A DNA stretch of 64,000 nt from Promethearchaeota archaeon (GTDB lineage: Archaea; Asgardarchaeota; Lokiarchaeia; Sigyniarchaeales; SOKP01): NCBI GenBank assembly GCA_048938855.1, contig JBHLLT010000002.1, positions 128,001-192,000 on the forward strand, read 5' to 3'. Below the pieces are notes generated by a model. The model had not been told where the DNA came from. It did not search any database and was given only the letters and a program-made list of their open reading frames with translations. Position 1 is the stretch's first letter. Each line of letters opens with the position of its first letter. This document shows, piece by piece, positions 8,416 to 19,026 of the stretch. Made by a program: the position numbers and the translations under genes.

Positions 8416-9567
8416 ATGAGTGATGATATTTTTGATTTGGTTGAATTGGCTAACAAAAGATCTTCAGTAAGGGAAAGATTTAATGAAATTGCAAAAAATA
8501 ACCAAAATCCTAATAATAACCCCAATTGTGATGATGATAAATTTTTAGCAGACTTATTAAAAGTTCTGAAAATAAAAACTTATGTAGTAGGCGTTGGTGG
8601 AGCAGGAAACAATACTGTCTCGCGATTAGAAGATATGGGTATCAATCATGCTGATACCATAAATATTAATACTGATGCACATGATTTATACTATTCCAGC
8701 TCAAAACAGAAAATACTAATAGGAAAAGAACAATGTAATGGACTTGGTTCTGGTAATGATCCAACAATTGGAGCTAAAGCAGCAGAAGAAGATCGTGAAA
8801 GATTAAGTCAAACATTAAACGCAGATATTATCTTTTTAACATGTGGTTTAGGTGGTGGAACAGGTACAGGTGCAGCTCCTATAATTGCTGAGGAAGCGAA
8901 AAAAAATAATGCTATTGTTGTAACTTTTTGTTCTCTTCCTTTTATGTCTGAAGGTAAGCAAAGATCGGCTAGAGCTCAATTAGGATTAAGAAACCTTGCT
9001 CAATATTCTGATTTTTTAATTCCTATTCCCAACGATAATCTCTTAGAAATTGTTGGAAAAATCCCTATGATAACTGGATTTAAAATTATGGATGAAATAT
9101 TAATTAGAAATATCGGTGAAGTTGTAAATCTAATTAATAATTGCGGTTTAGTTAACATCGATTTTGCAGATGTCAAGAAAACACTTCTGGAAAATCCAAA
9201 TGGAAAATATCCCTCTGGTTTAGTAGGAATCGCCGAATGTTTAGGAGAAGAATCAGATTTAGTTGAAAAAGCAAAGTTAGCCCTGAATAATCCTCTTTTA
9301 AAGCCAGACCCAAGACAAGTGAATAGATGTCTGGTATCGGTAACAGGAGATCACACATTAACATTATCAAAAGTCGATAAAGTTGTATCAACTATTTCAA
9401 ATGAGATTCCTGAAGATGCTCAATTAAAATTTGGAGTCCAAAACAAACCAGATATGGGATCAAAAATAAAAATAATGGTTTTAGCTAATGGTCCTGTATC
9501 TCCATATGTACGTGCTGCTGTGGATTCAGATATCGATTTCACACCAACCAGTATCGTTGGTTTTTAG
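8416..9567 (+). CDS. ftsZ: Cell division GTPase FtsZ
   Basis: GVGGAGNN, NTD, GLGGGTGTG signature, PF..EG, T7 loop NIDFADV. Confidence 0.95.
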   Translation: MSDDIFDLVELANKRSSVRERFNEIAKNNQNPNNNPNCDDDKFLADLLKVLKIKTYVVGVGGAGNNTVSRLEDMGINHADTININTDAHDLYYSSSKQKILIGKEQCNGLGSGNDPTIGAKAAEEDRERLSQTLNADIIFLTCGLGGGTGTGAAPIIAEEAKKNNAIVVTFCSLPFMSEGKQRSARAQLGLRNLAQYSDFLIPIPNDNLLEIVGKIPMITGFKIMDEILIRNIGEVVNLINNCGLVNIDFADVKKTLLENPNGKYPSGLVGIAECLGEESDLVEKAKLALNNPLLKPDPRQVNRCLVSVTGDHTLTLSKVDKVVSTISNEIPEDAQLKFGVQNKPDMGSKIKIMVLANGPVSPYVRAAVDSDIDFTPTSIVGF

Positions 9568-9666
9568 AATAAAGATCAAATATATTTAACTATTTTTCAC
9601 AAATTATTTCTTCCTTAATTCATTTCTTAGTACAAATTAAAATCATGATATAATGGGTAGTTAAGG

Positions 9667-10113
9667 ATGAATCAAAAAGAAATGCCTTTAGAAGAGCTTA
9701 AAAAAGAAATTTCTAATTTTTTAGATAAAAGGAAAGTTCTAGTACTTTGTACTTGTAATAATAATATTCCTCGTGCTACTCCGATGGATTTTTATACAGA
9801 AAAAAATAGTTTCAATATTTATGTTGGACCTGCTCCAGGAAGAAAAATAAAAAATATAGAAGTTAATCCAAATATTAGTATAGGTATATACACACCAATG
9901 TCAGAAGGAAAAATTCAAGGAATGCAAATAACTACTTCAGGAACACATAATTTGATATTTTTAAAGGAGGGGGATGAAGATTTCGATAAAGCCCAAAAAA
10001 TTGTACGAGGAAAGAGGAAACTAATTTTAAAGATAATTCCTGAAAAAATTGAGCTTTTAGACTATGATTTTGCTAAAAAGGGCTATTCAAGATTACAAAC
10101 TCTAAATTTATAA
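9667..10113 (+). CDS. Pyridoxamine 5'-phosphate oxidase-like FMN-binding split-barrel protein
   Basis: LCT..NNIPRATP, K.KNI..NPNI, KI.PEKI. Confidence 0.8.
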   Translation: MNQKEMPLEELKKEISNFLDKRKVLVLCTCNNNIPRATPMDFYTEKNSFNIYVGPAPGRKIKNIEVNPNISIGIYTPMSEGKIQGMQITTSGTHNLIFLKEGDEDFDKAQKIVRGKRKLILKIIPEKIELLDYDFAKKGYSRLQTLNL

Positions 10114-10140
10114 ATTCCACATTTTAGTCTTTCGAATATT

Positions 10141-11436
10141 TTAACTAAAAATTAATGTATATAACATAGTATAGCCTAATGTAAAGAGAAGGTGCAGTGA
10201 TGCAAAAAAAGCTCCATTTTTTAACAATCTTCTATAATTTAAATTTTTTACTTTATATTTTTTTGCCATTGAAAGAGTAAGAATGTCACATGCAGAACCT
10301 TGGGGTAAAAAATTTCCTGCCATGTTAACACCACTTATAAAAGCAATAATGATGGGATTAGGAAAAGCCCATTGCTCTGAGAGTAATGCAAAAATTGGAA
10401 GCAGAATAATGGTAACAGGTGTACCTGCTAGAAATGCAGATAGTAGAGATGAGACTCCTAATGTTATCAAAACAGCAATGTATATGTTATTATTTGAAAA
10501 TGCCACTAATCCGGCAGAAATTAAATCCGAAAAGCCAAAATATGATAAAGAATTTGATAAAATAAACAAAATCGCAAACAATATGATAATTCTCCAAGAT
10601 ACTTCGCTTTTAAAATCTGAGAAATTAATTTTCTTTGAGTGAATAATAAGAAGAAACGCAGCAGCTAGGGTGGCAATTAAAGCAGGTTCAAATCCCAAAA
10701 TCATTAAAACAAACATAATAACCAAAGTAGCAATAGTTGTTGTAAAGAACTTTTTATCTTGAATTACAATTTCAGGTTCAAGCATTTCTAATAAAATTTT
10801 CTTGTTTCTTTCAGTAGGCTTTTCTTCCTTTTTCAATATCAATCTATCTATCAAAAAAAGGGTTAATACTAAACTTAACACAAATAAAATGCTCATATTA
10901 GCAAAAAAATCACTAAATCCCCACCCAAACTGCTTTGAAATAATGAGGTTTTTTAAACTTGAGATTGGTGTAAGTATAGCACCGATATTTATTGTAATTG
11001 TCATTCCCATCATATATGTACCAGCAGGTATTTTTAAAACACTACATGTTCTATAAATTAATGGAATTAATATTAATGAAAGAGTTAAATCTTCAATAAA
11101 GGCTACAATTATTGCCGTAAATAGACATATCATGTAGAAGAATAACCGATTATTTCCTTTTGTAATATGGATCAATTTAATAGCTAAATATTCCAAAACT
11201 CTATCACTTGTAGCAAAAAAGACGACTATTTGCATTGCAAATATGAAAATTAAGGTGTTAAATTTAATAAATCCAAGAATTTCAACTTCATCAACATTAG
11301 CGATAGTGATCATAAATACTACAGCGATAACTCCTATGATTAACGCTATTGGAAAATAATCGATCTTATCTTGCGAAAAAAAAGCCATCAAAACCGCAAA
11401 TAAAACCAAGATTAAAATTATTGCTAGTACATTCAT
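10141..11436 (-). CDS. ArsB/NhaD/SLC13 (ion transporter superfamily) permease
   Basis: About 11-12 TM helices; NIGAILTP, SAFL..TP, GNFLPQGS. Confidence 0.8.
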   Translation of the reverse strand: MNVLAIILILVLFAVLMAFFSQDKIDYFPIALIIGVIAVVFMITIANVDEVEILGFIKFNTLIFIFAMQIVVFFATSDRVLEYLAIKLIHITKGNNRLFFYMICLFTAIIVAFIEDLTLSLILIPLIYRTCSVLKIPAGTYMMGMTITINIGAILTPISSLKNLIISKQFGWGFSDFFANMSILFVLSLVLTLFLIDRLILKKEEKPTERNKKILLEMLEPEIVIQDKKFFTTTIATLVIMFVLMILGFEPALIATLAAAFLLIIHSKKINFSDFKSEVSWRIIILFAILFILSNSLSYFGFSDLISAGLVAFSNNNIYIAVLITLGVSSLLSAFLAGTPVTIILLPIFALLSEQWAFPNPIIIAFISGVNMAGNFLPQGSACDILTLSMAKKYKVKNLNYRRLLKNGAFFASLHLLFTLGYTMLYTLIFS

Positions 11437-11488
11437 TCAATTAAAAGAAATGGTTTTTATGTTAAAAAGTATCACTTAGATACAAATT

Positions 11489-12433
11489 TCAATTATTTGC
11501 GATTATCAAAAACGATGTATACTTTTTAAATCCAAAATTCTCATACAATTTTTGGGCAGGAATTCCATCTGTAACAGTTAATATCACTTTTTTATATCCC
11601 TGTTCATATGAAACTCCTAAAACTTTTGAAAGCAATGCCTTACCAATCCCTCTCCCTTGGTATTTTTGTATAACTCCTATATCCTGAATTATTACTTCAT
11701 CTTCCTCATCTCCTTTTTCTATTAGACAAAATCCAGCGATCTCCCCATTTTGGTCAATTGCGATGAATGAACATTCTCTTAGGAAATATGTCTTAAAACT
11801 TGCTTCTAAATATTTTAAATAAGAAGGAACTGTATTAATTTCATCCCAAAAGGAGGAGTCAGGATGATCCTTAAATAATTCTACACTAGTTTCCGCTATT
11901 TTTAAAACATAGTCTTTCTTAAATTCTGTGAATAAAAATGCTTCTGGTAATTCATATTTCGGTTTGAAAGAATCTAATTTATAATTCATATTATGCCTTT
12001 TAACTGTCTTAAAGCCTAATCTTTTAAATGGCTTAGACAATAAATCTTCTGGAAAAGTAAAAGCTGCATTACGAAATCTTTCTATATTATATGTTTGCTT
12101 TAAACATTCAATCGCTGCTTTTAACAACATATAAGCTAATTCTTCCCTATTTTTAGTATCTATAATGAAGAAATGCCTTATTAGGAAAAATTCATTTTTA
12201 ACAAGACGAGTCGTTATGAAACCCATAACCTCATCATCACATCTAATTTCAAACGAGATGTATGCATCACTCTCAGATTTAACAATACTCTCAATCCGCT
12301 CAAACCAAACATCAGCTTCTTTTATATTCTCTTGAACTGTTACTGTGAAATATTCAACCAACGATTCTCTCAGTACAGTAAGAATTTTTTTATAGCTCTT
12401 CTCTGAATATCTAATTTTTCTTACTTCATACAA
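11489..12433 (-). CDS. Tandem GNAT acetyltransferase
   Basis: V...YQGRGIGKALL motif A, A..LYE.FGF; degenerate N-terminal GNAT. Confidence 0.85.
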   Translation of the reverse strand: MYEVRKIRYSEKSYKKILTVLRESLVEYFTVTVQENIKEADVWFERIESIVKSESDAYISFEIRCDDEVMGFITTRLVKNEFFLIRHFFIIDTKNREELAYMLLKAAIECLKQTYNIERFRNAAFTFPEDLLSKPFKRLGFKTVKRHNMNYKLDSFKPKYELPEAFLFTEFKKDYVLKIAETSVELFKDHPDSSFWDEINTVPSYLKYLEASFKTYFLRECSFIAIDQNGEIAGFCLIEKGDEEDEVIIQDIGVIQKYQGRGIGKALLSKVLGVSYEQGYKKVILTVTDGIPAQKLYENFGFKKYTSFLIIANN

Positions 12434-12481
12434 AAAAATTCACTATTAAATTTAATATAAAAAAAAGAATTTTTATTGGAA

Positions 12482-12781
12482 TTAAAGCATCATTTTGATA
12501 GCTTCCTCAGCATCCAATAATAATTCTGGAAAGTATCTGTAGCCCTCCACTGTGGCATATAAATTATATCTTTTTACAATTGCTTTCATAGTTTCCTTTA
12601 TTTTATCATCTGGGAACTCATATATGGCATATGTCTTATAATTGCCATCTGAAGCCACTAAAGTCCAGTGGTGTATCTTTTTTAGGAAATCAGGATAAGC
12701 TGGTTTATTTTTTGACGTATATGCCTTCAGTAATTCTTGCCCCTTATTTGGAGGATAAAAAGCTGTTACTAACATATGCAT
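12482..12781 (-). CDS. Hypothetical small alpha/beta protein
   Basis: Clean ORF with GAGGT SD. Confidence 0.65.
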   Translation of the reverse strand: MHMLVTAFYPPNKGQELLKAYTSKNKPAYPDFLKKIHHWTLVASDGNYKTYAIYEFPDDKIKETMKAIVKRYNLYATVEGYRYFPELLLDAEEAIKMML

Positions 12782-13006
12782 TTTGATTTCTACCTCTTAG
12801 AAAAGTTTTAGATTTTAATTTTTGTAAGTAAAGAATATTTAGATAGTATAAAAGCTTTTTCGGTGGACAAATCTTAATTAGGTTATTGCTTTTAAATAAA
12901 AGTATAATTAGGAAAAAGTATAATAAAATTGTTAAGAAACAAAAAATTAAATAAATTTGATATTGAAGAATTGTAATTCATTATAATTTGTTTAGATTAT
13001 CTTAAT

Positions 13007-15973
13007 TTGATCAAAGTGCTCTCAGAAAAAGAAAAGTTAGGACTGAAGGATGCTTATACTGATAAGGAGTTAAAGCAAATATTTAAAATAATAGCTTCTA
13101 AAAATCCTGATGCCTATTTTCCTACCAAGGAACTTAGAGAATTAGGTTATATAAGGAAAAATTGCGAACGTTGTGGCACATATTTCTGGACGATACTTAA
13201 GGAAAGGAATGTTTGTGGAGATCCTGCCTGTGCTGGAGGTTTTCAGGTTGTAGTGGATAATCCTTCTAAAATAAAATTATCTTTTATTGGAGTTTGGGAA
13301 AAAATAGTTGAGATTTTAGAACCTCGAGGTTATGTTCCAATTAAACGGTATCCCTGTGTAGCTCGATGGAATCCAACCTCTGAATTTACAATTGCATCTA
13401 TCTCAGCTTTTCAGCCTTATGTAATAACTGGAGAAATAGAACCTCCTGCTAAAAAGCTTGTAATCCCACAATTTTGCTTAAGATTTAATGATATTGAAAA
13501 TGTAGGTATAACTGGAAGCCATTGTACTGGTTTTGTAATGATTGGCCAACATGCTTTTGTATCTCCAGAAGAATGGGATCAAGGCCAACTTTTCATGGAT
13601 ATACATGATTTTATTCATAAAGGAGTGGGGCTCCCTTTAGAAGAAATCACTATTCATGAAGATTCTTGGGCAGGAGGTGGTTCCTTTGGATGCAGTTTAG
13701 AATTTTTTAGCAGGGGAGTTGAATTATTCAATCAAGTATATACTATGTTTGAGCAAACTCCGCAAGGGCCAAGAGAACTAAAACTTAAAGTTCTTGATAT
13801 GGGTCTTGGCCAAGAGCGAGTGGCATGGTTTTCACAAGGTACACCAAATATATATGAAGCCATTTTTCCTTTAGTTCTATCAAAACTAAGAGAAATAACT
13901 AAAATAGATTTAGATTTAGAATTATATAATCGATTTTCACAATATTCTGCATATCTAAATGTGGATGAAGTAGATGATATGGATAAGGCTTGGGATCGTG
14001 TAGCAAAAGAATTAGATATCGGTGTAAAAGAACTTAGAAACAAAATATTGCCTATGACTGCTCTTTACTCAATTGCAGAGCACTCACGAAGTTTATTATT
14101 TGCCATAAATGATGGAAAATTGCCTTCTAACGTTGGAGGGGGTTATAATCTGAGAGTCATATTCAGACGTGCTATCAGTTTTATTGATAAATTCAAATGG
14201 GACATAGATGTAGCGGATGTATGTATCTGGCATGCTAATGAATTAAAAAATATATTTCCAGAAGTTTCTGAACATTTAAATGAAATTCGGGAAATATTAG
14301 ATGTTGAAAGAGAGAAATATTATGCTACTAAGAAAAAAGCAGGAAAGATTTTAGAAAAAATATTGAAAAAAGGAGAAATCTCTACTGAAACACTTATAGA
14401 ACTTTATGATTCCAATGGTATAAGTCCTGACATGGTAAAAAACACAGCTAAAAAATATGGGATAAAAATAAACATTCCCGATAATTTTTATCAATTAGTG
14501 GTTGAAAGACATGAAAATACTGAGCAGATTCATGCTACCAAAAAAGAAATTGAATTAGACTTAAAAGGAATCCCAGAAACGCAATCTCTCTATTACAATG
14601 ACTATACTAACACTTCAAATGAAGCAAAAGTATTGAAGATCATTGATAAGATGGTTCTTTTGGACAAAACAGTTGTATACCCTACTTCTGGTGGGCAACT
14701 TCATGATGTGGGTAAAATAAATGGAATCCCATTTTCTGACGCATTTAAACAAGGTAATTATACTATTCATGTTCTAGATGCTAAACCTAATTTTAAGGAA
14801 GGAGATATTGTAAAAGTGGAAGTTGATAAAAATTGGCGCCGTCAGCTTTCTCAACATCATACTGCAACTCATATTGTGAACGCAGCATCCCGAGAAGTTT
14901 TAGGGAGCCATGTAAATCAAGCAGGAGCTAAAAAAACCCTAAAAAACTCTCATTTGGACATCACTCATTATGAACAAATACCAAGAGAAAAAATTCTTGA
15001 AATTGAAAAGAGAGCAAATAAAATAGTTGAAAAAGGAATAGATCTAAATCTTAGTTTCATCCCTCGTGCAGAAGCAGAACAAAAATATGGTATGACAATA
15101 TATCAAGGAGGAGCCGTACCAGGAAAATTATTAAGGATTGTTGAGGTACCAGGAATTGATGTTGAAGCTTGTGGAGGTACACATTTAAATAATACATCAG
15201 AAACAGGTTATATTCATATTACAAAATCACAAAAAATTCAAGATGGCATTGTAAGACTAACATTTACCGCTGGTAAGGCTACCGATGAGTTAAAAGAAAA
15301 ACATAAAAGAATACTTAATGAATTAAAAGAGATCCTAAATGTTGACCGTAAACAACTCGTACCCCGTGTAAAAGAGTTATTTGAAAAGTGGAAGAATGTA
15401 AATAAAGCACTAAAATCGGGTAAAGCAGATGATAAGGATCTTACATTAAATTCTTCGGAAACATTTGAAGGTGATGTTCTTTCAGAAATTTCTCAATTTT
15501 TAAATGCTAAAAAAGATGATGTTCCTATCAAAATTCAAAAGTTTTTTGATGAGTGGAAAGAAAGAACCCAGAAATTATCAGAAATCAAGCAATTATTTAG
15601 CGATGAAAAGATTGAAGAACAAATAGGAAAGGCTTGGAATTATAAGAATGTTAAAATTATTTTTGAATCTATAGAAGGATTAACTCAAAATGATGTAAAA
15701 AACTTAAGTCAAAAGATCTTAAAGAAAAATGATAATATTGTGGTGTTTATCACAAATCAGAGTGAAAAAGGATTAATGCTTATGGGTATGGCAGGAAGCA
15801 AATTATCAAAGAATTCAGATATAAATGTGGGTAAGATTGTATCATATACGGTTAAACATTATGGTGGTAAAGGAGGCGGAAAATATGATTATGGACAAGG
15901 ATTCATAACTAAAAAGGGAACAACCTCTTCAGAAGTTTTAAAGTTCGTAAAAGAAAAAGGTCTTAAACCTTGA
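13007..15973 (+). CDS. alaS: Alanine--tRNA ligase (archaeal type)
   Basis: C..C..FWT..C..C Zn motif, RYP.VARW, F.IASI..FQP, DMGLG.ER, editing HTATH and CGGTH, C-terminal GGKGGG. Confidence 0.97.
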   Translation: MIKVLSEKEKLGLKDAYTDKELKQIFKIIASKNPDAYFPTKELRELGYIRKNCERCGTYFWTILKERNVCGDPACAGGFQVVVDNPSKIKLSFIGVWEKIVEILEPRGYVPIKRYPCVARWNPTSEFTIASISAFQPYVITGEIEPPAKKLVIPQFCLRFNDIENVGITGSHCTGFVMIGQHAFVSPEEWDQGQLFMDIHDFIHKGVGLPLEEITIHEDSWAGGGSFGCSLEFFSRGVELFNQVYTMFEQTPQGPRELKLKVLDMGLGQERVAWFSQGTPNIYEAIFPLVLSKLREITKIDLDLELYNRFSQYSAYLNVDEVDDMDKAWDRVAKELDIGVKELRNKILPMTALYSIAEHSRSLLFAINDGKLPSNVGGGYNLRVIFRRAISFIDKFKWDIDVADVCIWHANELKNIFPEVSEHLNEIREILDVEREKYYATKKKAGKILEKILKKGEISTETLIELYDSNGISPDMVKNTAKKYGIKINIPDNFYQLVVERHENTEQIHATKKEIELDLKGIPETQSLYYNDYTNTSNEAKVLKIIDKMVLLDKTVVYPTSGGQLHDVGKINGIPFSDAFKQGNYTIHVLDAKPNFKEGDIVKVEVDKNWRRQLSQHHTATHIVNAASREVLGSHVNQAGAKKTLKNSHLDITHYEQIPREKILEIEKRANKIVEKGIDLNLSFIPRAEAEQKYGMTIYQGGAVPGKLLRIVEVPGIDVEACGGTHLNNTSETGYIHITKSQKIQDGIVRLTFTAGKATDELKEKHKRILNELKEILNVDRKQLVPRVKELFEKWKNVNKALKSGKADDKDLTLNSSETFEGDVLSEISQFLNAKKDDVPIKIQKFFDEWKERTQKLSEIKQLFSDEKIEEQIGKAWNYKNVKIIFESIEGLTQNDVKNLSQKILKKNDNIVVFITNQSEKGLMLMGMAGSKLSKNSDINVGKIVSYTVKHYGGKGGGKYDYGQGFITKKGTTSSEVLKFVKEKGLKP

Positions 15974-16136
15974 AATAACAAACACTATTCTTATTTTATA
16001 CAATTCTTTTTTTAAGGTATTTTTTCTATATAGAATATATAGACTTTATATATTATTATCAAAACGCTTAAAACTCTAAATTTTTTATTTTATTAATAAG
16101 TGAAAAAGAGAAACTATATATAAAAAATATTAAAAA

Positions 16137-16307
16137 ATGTTTAATCAATATCTATTAATCTTACTAGAACAAAAACAAGAATATAAAAAATTAATGGAAG
16201 CGGTCGGTGAAACACCTCTTAAGAAATCTATTGAGTACGTTCTTAAGAAGATTAATGCTGATATTGATAAAATAACTCAATTAAATCAAATTGAATATAT
16301 ATATTAA
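16137..16307 (+). CDS. Small helical hypothetical protein (56 aa, not in ORF track)
   Basis: ATG...TAA, MFNQYLLILLEQKQEYKKLMEAVGETPLKKSIEYVLKKINADIDKITQLNQIEYIY; amphipathic helical hairpin pattern. Confidence 0.55.
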   Translation: MFNQYLLILLEQKQEYKKLMEAVGETPLKKSIEYVLKKINADIDKITQLNQIEYIY

Positions 16308-16330
16308 AATTACAGATTTGGAGAAAAAAA

Positions 16331-16513
16331 ATGAAAACTATATTTTTAGAGTTTATATGTCCACAATGTGGAGAAAAACGCTATGTTAATGTTAGTGGTA
16401 TTTGTTTTGATTGCAATAATGAAAATAATCTTTTAACGGTAGCAAAAAAGCGTAAATTATCTCATAAACTCGATATTCTAGAACAATCTCTTAGTTTAGA
16501 GAATTATAAATAA
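16331..16513 (+). CDS. Small Zn-finger protein
   Basis: CPQC...CFDC; GGAG SD. Confidence 0.65.
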   Translation: MKTIFLEFICPQCGEKRYVNVSGICFDCNNENNLLTVAKKRKLSHKLDILEQSLSLENYK

Positions 16514-16674
16514 AGCTTTTTTTGTTTTAAAATAAATTTGAGTTTTATATTCTAAGACATTTTATTTAAGATTTTTAATCTTATCAAAAACATTTTAATT
16601 TTGTGCCAATTAATAAATTTATAAATTTAGAAAATCTCTCTTAGAAGTTTTATATTTAAGATTGGTGTAGTATT

Positions 16675-17496
16675 ATGGTTAATGTTGTTCATATTAGCGA
16701 CCTACATTATGGATCGGAGTTTGTCCCCGAATATATGGAAAATATTATTAATTATGTAAAAGAAAAAAAGCCGGATGTTGTTATATGTACTGGAGATATA
16801 GTACATAAAGGAAGAGTAGTTCAAATTAGAAAATTTCTGCCTTATTTAGAACGTATAAAAAAAATCACTAACTTTTTAGCTGTCCCAGGAAATCATGATG
16901 CAAAAAATTCTGGATTAATATTCTTTGAGAAGCTTATAGGTCCTAGGCGCTCAAGGTTAATCCTTGAAGACAAAGATACCATAATCGTTGGAGTTTGTTC
17001 TGCTAGAGATGATATGGCTGAGGGAATGCTTGGTGACGAGCAACTCGACTGGATTGGCCGCCAATTTAACAAAAATTTAGAAAATAGAATAATTGCATTA
17101 CATCATCATTTAATTCCAATTCCCATGTCTGGCCAGAAATTCACAACGGTTCGAGATGCAGGAGAAATTTTAGAATTAACACAATTATTTGAAGTTGATT
17201 TAGTATTGATGGGACATCGCCATGTTCCCCATGCTTATACAATCTCATGGAGGAATTCGTTTAGTACAACCTTCCTATATAGCGGTACTTCAGCCTCAAA
17301 CAAGGTACGTGCTGACGATACACCAAGTTTTAACCGTATCTACCTTGAAAAGGGTGATTTAGAAGTTTATATGGTGAATTCAACTAATCTTGAGGAGACA
17401 TTGTTATTAGAGCGTAAAGAAAATCATACTGAATTTATTAGACCAAGAAAAACTAGAATTGAACACCTGCTAGCATCAGCAGTATGGGATGAATAA
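16675..17496 (+). CDS. Calcineurin-like metallophosphoesterase (Icc/CpdA-like)
   Basis: SDLH, TGD, PGNHD, HHH, GHRH. Confidence 0.9.
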   Translation: MVNVVHISDLHYGSEFVPEYMENIINYVKEKKPDVVICTGDIVHKGRVVQIRKFLPYLERIKKITNFLAVPGNHDAKNSGLIFFEKLIGPRRSRLILEDKDTIIVGVCSARDDMAEGMLGDEQLDWIGRQFNKNLENRIIALHHHLIPIPMSGQKFTTVRDAGEILELTQLFEVDLVLMGHRHVPHAYTISWRNSFSTTFLYSGTSASNKVRADDTPSFNRIYLEKGDLEVYMVNSTNLEETLLLERKENHTEFIRPRKTRIEHLLASAVWDE

Positions 17497-17929
17497 AATT
17501 ATGTCTAGACCTATAACCCCACTCCTTACTGTTGATGCGGTTATTTTAATAAATAATAAAAGGGACTTAGTTCTGATAAAAAGAAAAAATCCTCCTTTCC
17601 AAGGATATTTAGCGTTACCTGGAGGATTTGTTGATATTGGTGAAACTGTGGAAGATGCTTGTATTAGGGAAGCATTTGAAGAAACTAATATCAATGCCAA
17701 AATTCTAAGCCTTATTGGTGTCTTCTCTGATCCAAAAAGAGATCCGAGAGGACATACAGTCACAATCGCATTTCTGTGTGAACCAAAAACCAAAAATGAA
17801 AAGCCAAAAGCGAAAGATGATGCAGCTTCATTAGAAATTGTGCCTTTAATAAAAATCTCTTCTCTAAAATTAGCATTTGACCATATGCAAATTATCAAAA
17901 GTTCAGGGATTTTGGATAAATCCGATTAA
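17489..17929 (+). CDS. NUDIX hydrolase
   Basis: LPGG.VD.GE....A..RE..EET Nudix box; RDPR; LAFDH. Confidence 0.92.
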   Translation: MNKIMSRPITPLLTVDAVILINNKRDLVLIKRKNPPFQGYLALPGGFVDIGETVEDACIREAFEETNINAKILSLIGVFSDPKRDPRGHTVTIAFLCEPKTKNEKPKAKDDAASLEIVPLIKISSLKLAFDHMQIIKSSGILDKSD

Positions 17930-17934
17930 ATTAG

Positions 17935-18321
17935 CTACACTTCCTTTATTTCATAGAGATTTTGGAAAGCATCTTTGATAAAAAGATAATATCCGGTACC
18001 ATCATTCCTTGGAACCTTAATCACATCAAAATTCATTGAATTAGCCCTATTTACAAATTCGTCACGATTTTTTATTAATAAACAGGAATGAGTGAATAGA
18101 TCCTTAGCTTTACTCGTATCATTAGTTATAAATATTTCAAAATTGGAATCATCCTTTCCATAAACAATAAATTTTTGCTCCTGGTTTATTCCAAAAAATT
18201 TTTCCATTAAATCAGAAGGCACAGATTTCGATCTAATTTTGTTTAGTCCCAATAAATCAACAAAAAATCTATCAGCTTCTTCTTCTGAATTGTATCCTAC
18301 TGCTATATGTTCAATTTTTAT
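17935..18321 (-). CDS. VOC/glyoxalase-family protein (extended upstream of the track start)
   Basis: Frame stays open upstream of 18252: (ATA)KIEHIAVGYNSEEEADRFFVDLLGL is the typical VOC first strand/helix; C-terminal FIKD.F.NLYEI. Confidence 0.75.
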   Translation of the reverse strand: MKIEHIAVGYNSEEEADRFFVDLLGLNKIRSKSVPSDLMEKFFGINQEQKFIVYGKDDSNFEIFITNDTSKAKDLFTHSCLLIKNRDEFVNRANSMNFDVIKVPRNDGTGYYLFIKDAFQNLYEIKEV

Positions 18322-18441
18322 TTCATATCACCTATTTCCAAACAATTTTATACTTATTAATCTAGAATAATTTTATTTAATCTCTCATATCTATATATAT
18401 CATTTTACAGATCTCGATTTAATTATTAAAGTGAAATTCAA

Positions 18442-18891
18442 ATGGAAATTAATAAAATATTAAGAATAATTGCGGGAAGTATATGTATCATAGTGGCAAT
18501 AACTCGTATTTTGTTTGTTTTTTTAGATTTAGGAGGGGCTATGGTTTATTCTTTTTTCTTTCTTGATCCAAATGAGGTGGGTAATATATTCGGATTATTA
18601 ATAGTTGCTATATTTGGAATCATTTTTACTATAATTGACACAATAATCGCTGTAGGAGTGTATACCGTTTTAGGCATTCTTCAAATTACGTTGAGAAAAT
18701 ATAAAACACCAACTATAATATGTACAGTTTTTAGCTCTATTAGTATTATATTAAGTGTTAGAGCGATAATTCTTTTAGCAACTATAAGTGTATTTGACAT
18801 TTTTACAACACTGTTAATGGTTATGTATATTGTCATTCTTTCTCTATGCATCATCTCCTACATAAAATTTAGAAAGCAAAAGAATAACTAA
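18442..18891 (+). CDS. Hypothetical membrane protein (~4 TM)
   Basis: Hydrophobic segments. Confidence 0.7.
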   Translation: MEINKILRIIAGSICIIVAITRILFVFLDLGGAMVYSFFFLDPNEVGNIFGLLIVAIFGIIFTIIDTIIAVGVYTVLGILQITLRKYKTPTIICTVFSSISIILSVRAIILLATISVFDIFTTLLMVMYIVILSLCIISYIKFRKQKNN

Positions 18892-19026
18892 AATAAGTAA
18901 TTTCTTTTTTTCTTCAATTATATTGAAACATCTAAATTTCGTTTAAAATTTAATACTTGTAATATTATAATATTATTAGATTATTAGAGTTCAAAAAAAA
19001 AACATATTTAATTAGGTATTTAGCGG

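Noticed and set aside
8416-9567. Tubulin or CetZ
   Set aside because: GGAGNN, NTD, PF..EG and NIDFADV are FtsZ-type motifs.
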